Part shown: positions 39,470-53,561 of the stretch, in pieces
Position numbering within the stretch: the first letter of the stretch is position 1
Layout of the letters: each line of letters starts with the position of its first letter
Source of the DNA: Bigelowiella natans CCMP2755
Lineage: Eukaryota; Protista; Cercozoa
Direction of reading: 5' to 3'
Length of the DNA stretch: 53,561 bases
Assembly (NCBI GenBank): GCA_000320545.1
Contig: ADNK01001460.1
Span: forward strand, 1-53,561
The notes under the pieces: generated by a model
What the model was told of the DNA's origin: nothing
What the model saw: only the letters and a program-made list of their open reading frames with translations
Databases searched by the model: none
Translations under genes and position numbers: made by a program

Positions 39470-40733
39470 ATGCTTGTTTTCCAACTCTGTTTCCTCCCTT
39501 TGACTTTGCTGCTGACATCGGAGACGGCTTTGGGCAACACAACATTTGCTCCAACTGCTAGAGGGTTTTCTGGTTGGCAGGCATCTCAACGATTGAACTT
39601 AATGTATAGTGACACAAACAATTCTAAGACACACTATGTTTATCTTTCATGAATCGGTGTGTAGGCTTAGTGCATGATTTTCTTTTCCATATTTGGAAGC
39701 GAGGAGGCGCAATGCTGAAGCTAATACCATAATGAATATTTTCGTTCTCAACTTATGAGTGTTGTTCATGACAACAGATTCTACACGAATGCCGTTCTGC
39801 CTCCGGGATCAACCAAACTCTATGGAACCACGGTGACTGTTTTTTCCGGGAAACTAACGACCAAATTCGAATACGTTATTGTCATTGATTGGGGGCTCTC
39901 TTCAGATATTAGGTTTATTTCAAACGGACCTGAGCAACAACTTTATCACGATACCCATTTCTACAGTATTTGATGGTTCGCCTTGTCGATGCTTGTTGCT
40001 CAGTCTAGCTGTGACTATTTAAAGAGATTTTCAATAATATGGAGCAGGGCAGCAAGATGGTGCGCTTTGGCAAGCAAGATTTGATACTCTTTACGGACTT
40101 GAGAACGATCCTTATCACACGGCTTCAACGCGTCTGTACGCCACTGATCAAGGGGTACTGAAAATCACTAAATAGTGAATAAATGCAAGAATAAGAGACT
40201 GGGAAGACTTAATTCGAACCAGACCCCGACGTTACTATTTATGTGTATGTGTGTTTGTGAATAATGCATGTTTTAATTGAGTTGACGATAAGTTTACGTT
40301 TCGCCCATGTCCTATGCATTTCCTATCACTTTTTCTCTTTGCAGAACCATAATATACGGCAAGTTGATATCGGTGGACAAGTAACGACTCTGGCAGGATG
40401 GGAAAAGCAGGGGTACACAAAACGATTCAAATAATTTTGTCTATGAGCCATCACGTGCACGTCAAGTCGCACACTGATAGTTATGGCTAAATAATTGCAT
40501 CAACGCAAAAATGATGTCGTGTCTATGGTTCTCCAGCCAGAAATCCGGGTCAAGGGATGGCAACGGAAATGAAGCACGATTTTCATCCCCAGCGGGAATG
40601 GCAGTTGCCAAGGTACTGGTTGGTGTTGGAAAGAAAGTTAAGAAGAAAGAGGGGTGGTAATCTGTTTATTTAGCGTGATGGTTTCTCGATTTGCTTGCAC
40701 ACTATTCTCCACACATATACTCATAAAATTGAC

Positions 40734-40764
<31 letters not shown>

Positions 40765-41742
40765 CAGCTGCGACATTCATGTTTTTTTCCCAAGTAGATG
40801 CAATTTGATTCAGAGGTTCAGCACTTCCATATGTTGTCAAAATAGTCAAATTCGGGATCGCGCGTGCTCTGGGTAGCAGGGTCGGGAAATCATGTGATTC
40901 GAGCAATATCCACAGCAGGACAGGTAATCGCAACAATCAGTCAGCAATCTGCCCGCACACGCGCGTCTGTGAGTACACAATGCATATATTTGTTCTTGTC
41001 ATTCTGTTGGTTACAGGTCACCACAATCGCTGGAATAGCGGGTACCTTACACATAAAACCCGAAATAATAGAGGCAAACGTCACTTATCCCTGGTATCTT
41101 TAAGGCTCCCCTGGCTATATTGACGGCGAAGCTTCGATTGCTCAATTTTCGGGACCAACGGGTGATGATACAACGCACGGATGCCAAAAGTTCATTCTCC
41201 TCTACTCCGTCAACCAAAGCCTTCGTTCGGCGTATTGAGTACACGGAGATGTCCTTCAGGGGCAGGGCCATAGCGATGACTCTTGCTCTGGCTCTGGCTC
41301 GTGCTCTTTGTGTGTTTAGGCACAAATATGATATCCGACAGCATAGGGATGCACCCATGTAGAAATTCTCATTCCAGTGCTGAAACATGCTGTTGCTGTT
41401 TGCTTCGTAGGCCTCGCGTTTTTCAACGCAAGTACAGGTAGTTGGAAGGCTCTAGTAACTTTCTCACGATACCAAAATGAGTTGACTTGAGGATATATGT
41501 TTACCGTGTAGGCTTGGAGCTGTACGTCACCGAGGTCAATAATCAAGTGGTCAGGAAAGTTGAAATGACAGCGAACCTGCAGCCCGTGACCGTCACCACC
41601 GTGGCCGGGACTTATAATCAGCAGTAATGCTGCAACGCGAGCAATAGCTTACCTTCTTTCGTGCTTGCATATCAGTGATTTATCCATTCATGTTTCCCTA
41701 TATTTGGACTTTATGTTAAAGTCAGTATAGACACAATTACAG

Positions 41743-41813
<71 letters not shown>

Positions 41814-42536
41814 AGAGAAAGAGGGAGGGAGGGAGAGAGAGAGAGAGAGAGAAGGAGAAAGAGAAGGAGAGAGAGAAGGGTGCTAATAAGATTCCTGTTG
41901 CGTAGAGGATTGAGGGACGGAGCGGCTAGCAGCGCATGGTTCTATCAACCAAATTACATCGAAGTCACAAAAACTCTGGAAGAGCTGCCGATAGCGTACG
42001 TCTCCGATCAGGTTTTGAAATCCCTGATTCGCACATGCGACACATAGAAAGATGCCTTGAATGCACACAGTGGAAATGACTTCTCATGTCCAGACACACA
42101 ATCAACCACCATAGTGTGCACACACGCACGCATACAGGGTGAGAACGAGTGTAGCAGTACTTCTTCAGAATCCTGAATGATGTGTTGCCTTTGATACTCT
42201 CCAGAGTTCGGCGGTCAGAGCGATCTCTCTCACTTCAAACATCGTCTATTCAGTTATCGGAAACGGTCGGTTCGGTTTAGCATAGAATTGGTTATACTTC
42301 ACATTGAGGAGCGTGTGTCCCAGACGCAAAAACAATTCAATGTTTTGTTTGCCTTCACCCTGCATAATTCTTCTGAAAGGGACGCAAGGCTCCAATGATG
42401 GGGTCGGGCAGGATGCACGCATTGGGCCTACGAGCTGGTAGCTTGCCTTAACCCGATCTCACCAGATGCTCTCTGCCGCAGATGTAGTTGGGGCGATTCC
42501 TTGACGGATCCAAAGCTATTTCTAATCTGCTCTTAT

Positions 42537-42580
<44 letters not shown>

Positions 42581-45500
42581 TCTGGGTGGGTATGACAGTG
42601 TCATTGCAGACTATCAGATGGGGCCAACCACGCTGTGGGCGACCGATTCTTCTTATGGGCTCAGGCTGATCACGGCTATAACCAGCTCGCCTACGGTCAC
42701 CCCTTTTGTGCGCCACAACCAACTCTGAAGTTTTTTTTGCCTTCGTTCACCATTAACACTGCGTTCAATAGAATACATGAAGAGAAAAGTGAGCGTAATG
42801 ACATCATACAATCTCCCCCCAAATTGAATGGCTGCCAACGTCTTACTGATGAAGATGCAATCCATCTACTTCTGGCTCAGGCGAACCCAATAACAATCTC
42901 CCCTCAAACTTCCTCCCCGACATCTTCATCACCTTCCGCTGCACCATCTTGCTTGCCATCAGAGACACCATCCTTCGCTCCGACATTTTCTCCCCTCACT
43001 TCCCTTCCTACTTCATCGCCTACTTCCTCGCCAGAGTCTCAAACACCATCGTTACATCCATCCTCCTCCCCGTCATTCAATCCGACATTTTCTCCCCTCA
43101 CTTCCCTTCCTACTTCATCGCCTACTTCCTCGCCAGAGTCTCAAACACCATCGTTATATCCATCCTCCTCCCCGTCATTCAATCCGACTTTCACTCCGCT
43201 CACTTTTCTGCCGACTTCAACTTCTTTTTCTCCAACTCAGTCCCCATCTTCAGCACCCAGTACAGTGGCCCCGACGACGGAGTCACCGATCTTGAGCAGC
43301 ATCCAAGGCTTTGGCCTGGCGCCTCTCGTCGTGGAGACCGAGGAAGAGCTACCGCCGTGGGAGCTATATAACGAAGATGGCAAGTTTCAACTTCCACCGC
43401 CAGCAATTGTAGAAGGCGGCAGCCATGCGATTGGTTTGTTCATGGTCAAAAACCTGCTTCCGAATACACAAACGTTATCAGTGACCTGCACGGGCGTTGA
43501 CAATCGAGTTCGCGTCCAGATCCTGGTAGGAACCGCCACGTCTACACCCTCCGCCGACGGGGCTGTCGGCGTTATCCTCTCAGGGAGAGACCCCACACGA
43601 TTCTCTTGTGAATCATACACAAGCAACAGCTCAACTCTGGTCAAATGCAACGGCGGAGATGTCCGTTGGCACCAGGGCGTTATTGGACCTCAGCAGTGTA
43701 CCTTTCCGTACCTAGTTTCACTATCTGTAGTCGAAGAAGATTTCATCTGTCCATTCCTACCGCATGAGGGCCAAGGCGCCTCCTCAGAAGCAAGCAGCCT
43801 TGGTGTATTTCGCCTCCGGGCATTAGACAACGGCCAAGAGACGTCGGAAGGATATTCGAATTCAGGGCTTTCTTGCACGACAGCGAGTCTCACGAGTGGA
43901 GCTACGGGTGAATTTCGAGTCGGTGTGACGATTAGAGACGTAGTGTTCCCAGAAATCACCGACTTTCTGGTAGAGCTTCCAACTTCCGGATTCAGATCAT
44001 CAGTTATATCGAATGACGGTCCCTTGTCGCTTGTTTCTGACGTTTCGGAGCCTTCTTCTTCCTCTACCTGGAGAAGGCTAGGGTATGCTGTGACTCTCTC
44101 CTCAGCGACGCGTGTGATAGTGACGTTTAAGCAAGTGGAAGGGGTCCCAGGGCTTGGAGATGCCCGCTGTCCGCAGGTTGTTTTTCTTTTTGTATTCAAA
44201 TGTAATTTGGCACGCGACCATGCAATTCCGCTTGTATCAAACAGGTCACGGTTGGCGGAGTCAATGTCTCTCTGGAATCCTGCTTCGCTCAGAACGTAAC
44301 TTTTTTGACACCGTCGTTCGCAGCGCTTTGCTCCGACCCTCGCAGCGACTGCGGATACCACCGCGTCCGTATCAAGAATCCCGATAAAATGACATCATTG
44401 AGGGCGAAGGGCGGTGTTGTCGAATGCCCCGGGAAGTGTCCGTTGGCGGGTTTGGGTTTCTTTTATACACCGAGATGCGTAGGGTACATGGCTCCGGAAG
44501 AGTGTAGCACATTGACAGAAGATCAGCAAGATCGATGCGCGTACGGTAACTCCTTCCAGATAACCATGGATGCTTGCTTGCTCCGAGACCTTGGCCGCAG
44601 AGTCTGAAACATGTTCATGGAAATTTGCAGGCGCTGGAGATGCGTGTCGGAAGTGCGACCCGAACGCGATTTGTCCGGGAGGCTTTCGCATGTGGCCTGG
44701 GTAACGAAGCTGCGGGAAGTTGAACGTTGCATCTCGGCAGTTGTTCTTTTCTTCTATTTTCGGTTTGCAAGCCGCCACCCCTCCTAATCCATATCTCTTC
44801 CAGCATTGGCCACTGGACGTCTCACGAGAGGGCGGGATCGGTGATCTTGTGTCCGAGTCCTGCCGATGTCCGCTGCCTTGGATGGGACTATGCAAGATCC
44901 GAGTCAAGGTGTGGGGACGGGTACACTGGCACGCAATGCGCCTCTTGTTCTGATGGGTAAGTCATCGTTCCGGAAGATGTTCCTAGTTGGATAAGAAGAA
45001 ATTACGAATGTAATGCAGGTACTATAAACGGCTGAATGAATGTGTTATCTGCCCCGAGGAGTCTCAGAGAATTGTCACGCTCCTGTTGGTAGTCTCCATT
45101 GCTATTGTACTCTTCTTAGTGACATATACGTGCCAGCTGCTGTCTCCTATGGTACGGGGTCGCCCAGAACTCAAAGGACTCGTGATGTGGCAAACTAAGG
45201 ACTTCGTCGTGTGGAGCTTAAAAACGATTCAGCTGGCGTCGATGGTTATCGTAACCGCAGGAGCAACGGCGCCAGCCGCCCAGGAGCTCTTCACTTGGAT
45301 CAACATTCTGAACATCAATTTTGAGGTCATCGCACCCGAGTGCTACTCTTCCACGATGCACGTGTTCCTGTTTGAGAAAGTTCTGTTTTCCACGGTCCTG
45401 GCCGCCCTGGTTTTGATGCACGGCCCCCCGAAGTGCCTCAAGCGATGTCGAATAGGCAACCGATTTCCGCTTCTAGGCCCAAGGCTCTACAATCTTCTCG

Positions 45501-47285
45501 ATCTCCGGGGATCCGCCATCACATTTCTCATCGGGGTGTACACGCCATGCGCCTTCTTCGCCACCGGAGTCGCATACTGCATCGAGTCGAACACCTACGA
45601 CGAAGGCAGCAATAGTTCCGATAGCGTTCTGGTATGATGAAGAGGACGGTTCTTGCCAATATTAATTGGGGTGTGTGTGTGTGTGTGTGCGCGCGCGTCT
45701 TTATGTGTATGTATTTGCTCCCTTCTGTACTGCCAAGCGCCTCTGATTCGGCTTCTAATTCGCAGGTTTCCTGGGCAAATCCCAATCTAGTCTGCGGAGG
45801 CGACGAGCATTTTCCAGCGCTCATTTTGGCTGTCGTTGTACTGATCGTATACTCCATCGGGTTCCCCATCTACACCTTCTTCAAGATGCAATCGTTTCGC
45901 AACTGCAAGGACCAGACGAGCAAGCGTATCAAGGTGTTCATAGTGTGATATCTCACCCGCGATCGACCTGTTTAGCCTCACACACTACCATGCATAATAG
46001 GTGCACCAGCTCTGCTACAAGAAATTCTTCGGCGATGACTACTTCCCACGGTATCACTGGATGAGGCAAGCGTACCAGCTGGTGTGCCTGACGATTGTTT
46101 CTACGCGCGTTTACCTGTCCGCCTTCGACTTTGCGACGCAACTGGCCCACATCGGCATCAACAGCTTCTTCACGGTATTGTTCATCGGGGTGCTACTGTG
46201 CACGAAGCCTTACGTGCGACACATGTCGTGGAAGCTTCCCGTGCAGATATCCATACTGGTGCTCATCCTATCACTGTCGGCGCTTGAGTTCCTCAACTTC
46301 CTGTATCTGGCTAACATGGGCGGGGTGTCCCAGGGGGCCGTGGAGGCAGTTTCCTACTCGTTGTTTCTTCTGGCACTCCTCAACTTCACGGTTCTATCGG
46401 TGGCGTTTTACTTCGTGGTGTTCAGGAAGAAGGAGCCTCACTACTACGCGATGCATTTCATGCTGCAGAAACATGCAGCAAGAATCGGCCTAGCCATTGA
46501 GATGAACGACGAGTTGATGATTATGAGCGCAGGTGGAGCATCTTCCAAACCGGCGGGAGAACACAAGCGCTCGGAATCGATTGCAGGCTCAATGTCTGAC
46601 TACAGCAACAACACTCCATCAATGGACCACCAGAGACTATCATCAAGAGTCCCGCTTTCAATGCATTCATCGAAAGCAAGCTCGGGGAAGGAAGCTGAGG
46701 CCTCTGGTGGTAATGTGTTCCAATATGATCCTATATTGCTAATGTGTGAGTCTCGGGCAACGAAGATTTTGAGCCCACGTCCCTCCCTATGACCGCTAAT
46801 GTTTGGCACGTAACTAATGCGCTTCTCTCTGACATCGTTCCATCATTGCAGGAGTGGTGAAAATCTTCGGGAGGGGGCTGGATAAGAGGCAAATAGAGCT
46901 CATACAGATGAGAGATGCCAGGAACTTCGACATCGATATCAAGAAATTGAATGCGATCTCGCGCGCCGAGTCTTCAGTGCACAACATGAATCCGATATAC
47001 AGTTATGCTGAGGATGCGGATTCCTCAGCAGCTCAAGCCCGGAGCAGTCGTCACAAGGTAAGAAGATCAAGGCATGTTAGCAGCCAATCTTCATCATCTC
47101 AATCGTCGAGTGTGAGTCGCTCTAATTCCCCTCCGCCAAGGCATCATGTCAGCTCGTCCCGAGTTCCAGCAGAGCTTGCGAGGCAGCAGAGGTCCGCATC
47201 CAACAGTCAACCTGTCGATGCCATTTGTACAAGAAGACCGTGGCGTTCGGCTGCAAACCAGAGCGCTGACGTATGCAAAGAATGA
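39470..47285 (+). CDS. Large membrane protein: signal peptide, NHL repeats, Ser/Pro/Thr stalk, Cys-rich region, multi-pass TM domain
   Basis: MLVFQLCFLPLTLLLTSETALG. NHL-like exons: GQQDGALWQARF, NHNIRQVDIGGQVTTLAG, DGNGNEARFSSPAGMAV, GSGNHVIRAISTAGQVTTIAG, YIDGEASIAQFSGP, LYVTEVNNQVVRKV. Then CGDGYTGTQCASCSDG and several hydrophobic helices in 45070-46430. Confidence 0.8.
41746..41852. repeat. Compound intronic microsatellite (AT)n-(GT)n-(GA)n, representative of many
   Basis: Seen directly. Similar tracts at ~1569, 4373, 10378, 21685, 25080, 27710, 49410, 49610, 52285 and 53205. Confidence 0.95.
42979..43190 (+). repeat. 102-bp coding tandem repeat x2
   Basis: tccgacattttctcccctcacttccc... 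at 42979 and 43081. Confidence 0.9.
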
Positions 47286-47836
47286 GCTCACGTGTGAGGC
47301 AAGCAGCGGCCTCTTGTACAGATAATCTGACTTTCGATCTCCCATGGTCCTCTGTGGCGTTGTATCGTACGCATCGGCGCGACACCATGCATCGGCAAAG
47401 ACATCCTCCAAATTTCTTTTGTTTTTGGAAAATAGGTTCGAATGAGTTATTAGAGAAAAGCGAGCCAACGCATCGGGCGCACACAAAGAACGCGCTCTCT
47501 CTAAACTTGGCATGCACATTGCCATCATTGTTGTTCGCGCACATCACGAGGAACGCTATAATAGACGTTGTCTATCATTGCTAGCTGCTTGTAGCCACGC
47601 ATGCATGGACATCAGCGTAGCTCGAATCGTATGCGCATGATGCTTCAACGCACATCATCCTTGTCTAGTTTGTGCATGCTTGCACATTCATGTGGCTACT
47701 TAGCTATATTGCTAGACTATATATGCACAATAATGCAGGCACACTGTGCTATCGCCAGTCAAGTTCAGCATTTGTTCGATCATTTATCCGGCGTCATCAG
47801 AGATTATACGTGTTCTACTTCAACTTGAAAGCCTTA

Positions 47837-49411
47837 CTAGCATGCAAACTCTGACAGAGAATCGACTGCACCAAATTTGCTGCCTCTTGGCGCTGACGTA
47901 GTCCGGCCGCCATTGGCCCTCCTGGACCCGCCTGGCATTCCTTTGGTTCTCTGAGCGAAGCTCCCACCTTGTTTGTTTTTCCTGTTCGCACGAGCTTTCT
48001 GCTTAGCGTTTGCCCGCATCTCATCACCGTACATCCTGGAGGAATGATTGTGCGACGCGCGCCGATCCGATGATGGGGGGAGGGGGGGGGTGACAAACAA
48101 GTAGAAACCAGATCAATGGGGAAGAAGATATACAAAGCAGGCAACAAGAGGTGATCATCACAATCGACCATGTTTCGGGATCCTATGCGCACGCGTGCAA
48201 GGGGATTTTGCGGCGATTGGCTTTTGGGGGGGGGGGGGCTAGCGTGGAGATCAGTGACCTTTGCTGCTTTTTCCTGTTGATTGGATTTCTGAACTTAAAT
48301 CGCGCGGCCATCTTCTTCTCCTGCACACTCATCGCCTCCTCACCGCCTGGGAAAAAATGACGTCAGTCCCCAGCATTACCCTCGGCAGCGTCACAAAGCA
48401 GCAGCTGAGGGGGGGGGGAACGTGGACGATGAAACACCACACCTTTCTTCTGACGTTTGGACTTGAAGCTGTTCTTGCTGTTACCTGTGGGTTATCCATC
48501 CATCAACAAGAGCATCACAGCTGCAGTTTGAGACTCCTGCTAACACACCCGTCCCGCAGCTCCTCTCCCCCCCCCCCCCCCCCTCCCCCTCCTAATGTTG
48601 GCCCACCTCCTTTCGCCGTCGCTGCCCTGTCGTTGTTCGGATGCATGTCTCGAGCCAGCCTTTTGGGGGGCTCTCGAAGCCCTGCGTGCGTAAACATGTT
48701 TCAACTTACATTGCGTGTGCTCTATAGCGGCAAGAGTAGAGCGGAGCAAAGGCAAGATCTCCACAGGGTGCAATCTCCCATGGGGAAGGATAGCACACAG
48801 CTCCACACTCGACGGGGACCACGAAAAATGATTCATAAGCTATGTTTTCTCCCTTTTCTTCTTCTTCTTCTTCTTCTTCTTCGTCCTCTCAATGGCTGAC
48901 CGAACGACTTGGCCACGTGTCCTAGATGCAGCTTCTTCGGATGGAAAATCGACTTCATGCTCTTCGGGTATGCGGCGTAGCTGAGACGTGATTTGTGTTG
49001 GTTTATCGTTCTCTTCCGTAATCATCAGTCAGGACGATGCAAAATAGATGAAAGCCGCGCGAAAGTCTTACATTCACGTAAACACAAACGCAGCTGATGA
49101 TTTCATCAAGTAACGGTCCAACGTCTCGTGGAAGAGAGGTGGATAGTCGTCGTCGATGATTTCAGTGCCGCTTTGAGTTTCCCCCCCGCTTCTCTCATTC
49201 TTTTTGTTTGATTTTTTTTTTTTAAAACAAAACAAAAAGGAAAAAGAATAGCAGCACAGCCCGAAATGAAGGAATTGTTGCTCTTCTAATTGTCACTCAC
49301 GCGCGGATCCCCGAGAGGAAGCTGAGCCGAGCCATCTCGTGCAGCTCGATGTCTGCAGCAGCCATATAAAGAAAGATGCATATCTTTATATATAAATATA
49401 TAAATAAATAA

Positions 49412-49456
<45 letters not shown>

Positions 49457-49656
49457 ACATATCCATGGAAGTAAACCATTTTATTTTCCTATAATATTCC
49501 GGGAGAATATCACTACCTGACATGACCAAAGCCTCGAATTGATTCTGTAGATGCTGGCCTGGAGGAAGCTGCGTGCGTGCGATGGGGTCCATCAAATCAA
49601 TGGAAAATCGGAGGGAGGGAGGGGAGGGAGGGAGGGAGGGAGGGAGGGAGAGCGAG

Positions 49657-49712
<56 letters not shown>

Positions 49713-50626
49713 GAGAGGAGGAGCAGGAGCAAAAAAGAGGGACGATTTGAGGAAAGAGTGGCCAATCAAAATCCTTACCTTGTCATCTTTATCGTCATCA
49801 TCATCAGCATCACCCCCATCCGCTGCTCTCCCCCTAGCTTCCTCCTCCACGTCCTCGTTCAACTCCGCTAAAATCGCCACCACACCGATCTCGCTCAAGC
49901 TCAGGCCCTTTGACTGCCGAGGAAAGAGAGACGAAGAAGAAGAAGAAGAAGAAGAAGAAGAAGAAGAAGGCAAAGCGGTGACAATGCAATTATACTACAA
50001 TGTAACAGTAACTACAACTACAGCACCTACTGCTAGGTGCGAGGACTACCTCGAGTACTTGCACGTATTCCATTTCACTGCGTTGGAGAAACACAACGGC
50101 CTGGCCCTTTTGTCCCATCCTCGCCGTGCGTCCCACACGATGTATATAGCTGGACAAGAGAGGCGAAAGGGTGTTTAGAAGAGGTGTGTGTGTGGGGGAC
50201 AACTGATCACGGAATGATGATTGGCTTGCCGCCGCCGCCGCTGCTGCTGCTGCTGCTGATGATGATGATGATGATTCTCACGTGTTCGTATCGTCAGGAG
50301 GGTCATATTGGATGATGTAATCAACAGCCGGTAGGTCTAGTCCACGGGCAGCCACATCCGTGCAGTATAAGATTCCTGACGCAAATAAATGCATCATCGT
50401 AAACATCTGTGTGTGTGTGCGCGCGCACGAGTGTCTGTGGAATTGTAATCGTGGTCACAAGCACGCGCGCGCGCGCGCGCGCATATCCCCCATATTTTGT
50501 GTTGTTGTTCCTCCTGCATGCACACCATGAATGTCCACCTTCCGATGCGTTGCAGAAGCGGAAAAACGTGCGGGTTCTATCCTGATATGCGGCGCAGGAA
50601 CGGCAATGAGATCAATCAACCCCCGA

Positions 50627-50668
<42 letters not shown>

Positions 50669-52280
50669 TTTTGGGGGAGGAGGACTGGGAGGAGCAGCCA
50701 TTGGTGGGCGGGGGGGAATGCGGGGAACTTCGTAGTAATGTACATCCATGCACGCATTAGGAAACGGGTCCGAGAGAACCGAATACGTCGCGGATCTTTG
50801 TCCTGCAGCATATTGCCGCAGGGACTGCGCGCGCGTGTACGATGACGATGACGATGATGATGATGATGATGATGAAAGGGAACTCTACAACCCACCTTCT
50901 GGGCGATATTTCCATGCAGTTTGTGCCTAATACATGTTTAAATACGTGAAACATAGTGCGTAGGTTGATCTGAGAGTGGTGCTTACATCGTCGCATCGAT
51001 GAAAGGAGTTCTTTCGATAGCGCCAGCCCCCCCCCCCACCGAGGCGTTGGGCGGCCAGGAGGTGTGCCGGAAGAGGCGGTAGTGGAATTCAACCTGTAGT
51101 TTCCGAGATGTGAGGGTAGCAATGACAGGGAGACGGATGTTAGACGGTGAGAGAGCTGCTGGGATCGTCGTGAGGGTGGTGGCGGTATAGGACAAGGAGG
51201 AGGAGGAGGAGGATAGTGATTGCATAATAACTCAATCTTTTTTGGCATGCGGTGCGGTTGAGGACGGTGTTGATGCAAAGGCGTGCGTGCGTGCGTGTGT
51301 ACGCGTGTGTTTTCCCTTATACCGCATCGCAAGTCGAGAAAAACACTATGATTTTCCGTCCTTTCCTCCGTCTAAGAAAGAGAGAGACCCGGGGGGGGGG
51401 GGGGTGTTAGGGTTACACAAGGAGAAGAAGGCATCACTTTCAATATTGTGGTAGTTCATCTGCCGATGCGACAGTTGCTTCTACTGCTACCAGCCACCCA
51501 TTCTCCTCCTCCTCCTCCCACTCCTCCCACTCCTCCTCCTCCTCCTCCTCCTCCCACCTCCGCTAAGACCACAGCAGCAGCAGAAGTAGCTGTACCAGGC
51601 CCTTTATGCTATTCTAGCTTCTTATTGTTATTCTCGTCTCTCACCGTGAGCACCGATCGAAGGAACGTGGCCAAAACCGTCAGCCTGTACCGAGAATCAA
51701 CCTGTGCGTGTTTGCCGTGTGCAGGAGGGGGGGGAGGCAGCAGGGGGCTGTGAGTACGGTAGATGGTGATAATTTCTCACAAGAAAATCGTATATCTAAG
51801 ATTAATAATGCTGCTGCTGCTGATGATGATGATGATGTGAAGATGCCTCATTGCCCACACCTTTATGTAGTGCTGGTGGAGGCCGTCTGGTAGCTGCTCC
51901 CCCGCCCCCAAAAGGGAGTTCCCATTCATATTTTGAGTCAAGTCGTCGTCGTCTCCCTCCTCGCTCCCATCTGGGCGCGTAAGCGTGACATGAAGGAGAT
52001 ATCGTATAGTGTCGTTAGAAAGTAGCTAATCGTCGTCTTCGCTTTCGATGCATCCCCCCCCCCCACCCCTTTTCTCTCTTGCACACGGGGGCATCGTTAT
52101 CTATCACCATCATCATCATTATCGTCATCATTCTGTCTCTATCTTCTTCTTCTTCTTCTTCTTCTGCTATCTGCAATGAGATAACACCGACCGAAGCCAA
52201 TCTTTCTGGGGTCATTCAGGGAGAGCTCGGCGAGTTTCAGGACCTATCATTCGAGTCCACAGATACGTCACTCACATAAT

Positions 52281-52326
<46 letters not shown>

Positions 52327-52514
52327 GAGAGAGAGGGGGGGGGGGGCACTATGCAACGACAAGGACCATTGCAGAGAGCGTAGCGGAGGTGAGAATCGTC
52401 TGCCTGGGCGCCGAGCCAGAGACTGATCATACGTGGCGTCGCATTGAGAGAGATCATGAGCGAGTCGAGACGCAACCACTGCTGTTCCTACTACCACTAC
52501 TACTAATATTACAA

Positions 52515-52547
<33 letters not shown>

Positions 52548-53197
52548 AATGTGTTAGTTACTACCCCTGCGCTGATCGAGGACTTCAAGAATCTTGCTTA
52601 AGTCCTTTTCAAAACCCAGATCCAGGAGTCGGTCGGCTTCATCAAGCACCTGCGAGTAACGGTAACACGACGATTGCAACGAGGGTTAATGAAGACAAGC
52701 AAGATAGCGAGGGTGATGATGATGATGATGATGATGTGATAGTGATGATAAACGATGAGGGCTGGATTGTATTCCTCTGACTCCGCCAACATCGATGCAC
52801 GTCCTTTTTTTACCAGGATCTGAGTCCTCGTGACATCGAAAGCCCTCGTCGTGAGCGTATGATCGAGCAGCCGCCCTGGCGTGGCGATCTTGGCACATGC
52901 GACAGTATTTACTTGCGTGAGATGAACGTGCAGGGGGAGAGAGAAAGAAAGAAGAACGAAAGAAAGAAAGAGAGGAGGGGGGGGGATAGAGGGAGATTTG
53001 GGTCGTGTGAGTCGTTACACATGTAGGCCCATACTCCCCCTCCCCCCCCCCCCCCTCCCCCCCTTACTATCACTATTGCTACTGCAACTACCACAATGAT
53101 CGCCCCTTTCCGTAGTCGTGCTTTCTCTGACTTCTTCCTCTCCCCCCCCCCATCAACGTTGTGGAGACCTAGGTGTTATTATTCGAGGAAAGCCGGG

Positions 53198-53255
<58 letters not shown>

Positions 53256-53380
53256 TGTGTGTGTGCATGTGTGCGTGTGTGCGTGTGTACGTGTGTACGA
53301 ATGAATGAATGAATATACCAGCCAGTAGAAGGCACTGAGTAACTGTGATAACACGTGGTGGATTTGAAGAGCAAGCCTGG

Positions 53381-53421
<41 letters not shown>

Positions 53422-53561
53422 TAAATTCTAATCACTTGTGAAATATGCATCATATTGCATTTTAAGGATTTAGGGTTTTTCGCGACTCTCTTGTGGGCGC
53501 GACGACGATACAACGCGTTCCATCCGATCTTTTCAGTCTGAATTATATATATATATATATA
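47837..53561 (-). CDS. DBP7: DEAD-box RNA helicase DBP7/DDX31, 5' part beyond the window
   Basis: [13 protein letters not shown] | [17 protein letters not shown] | [10 protein letters not shown] | [16 protein letters not shown] | [10 protein letters not shown] | [23 protein letters not shown] | [15 protein letters not shown] | [27 protein letters not shown] | ...SEFAC*. Confidence 0.92.

Overview
Eukaryotic, intron-dense nuclear DNA with microsatellite-filled introns. A protein with a bipartite signal+transit leader and a flagellar RIB43A gene suggest a flagellated alga with a secondary plastid, e.g. a chlorarachniophyte (inference only). Ten spliced or single-exon genes can be read by hand: an XIP-like aquaporin (-), a divergent At2g45990-type HAD-fold protein with a probable plastid leader (+), a giant transmembrane mucin-like protein with 12 LCCL-like domains in three near-identical 2.6-kb units and a SEA-like module (+), an EF-hand-like/low-complexity protein (-), a short coiled-coil protein (+), an intronless divergent eIF5A paralogue (-), RIB43A (+), an ankyrin-repeat protein (-), an NHL-repeat multi-pass membrane protein (+) and DBP7/DDX31 (-). 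The most striking unexplained signal is two intergenic islands (~5.09-5.85 kb and ~37.25-38.74 kb) almost purged of TpA and rich in TpG/CpA. They hold degenerate, apparently related ORF remnants in which Tyr seems replaced by Cys/His. This looks like targeted TA->TG/CA hypermutation of invading DNA, the reverse of fungal RIP. Exon boundaries are hand-estimated; no database searches were run.
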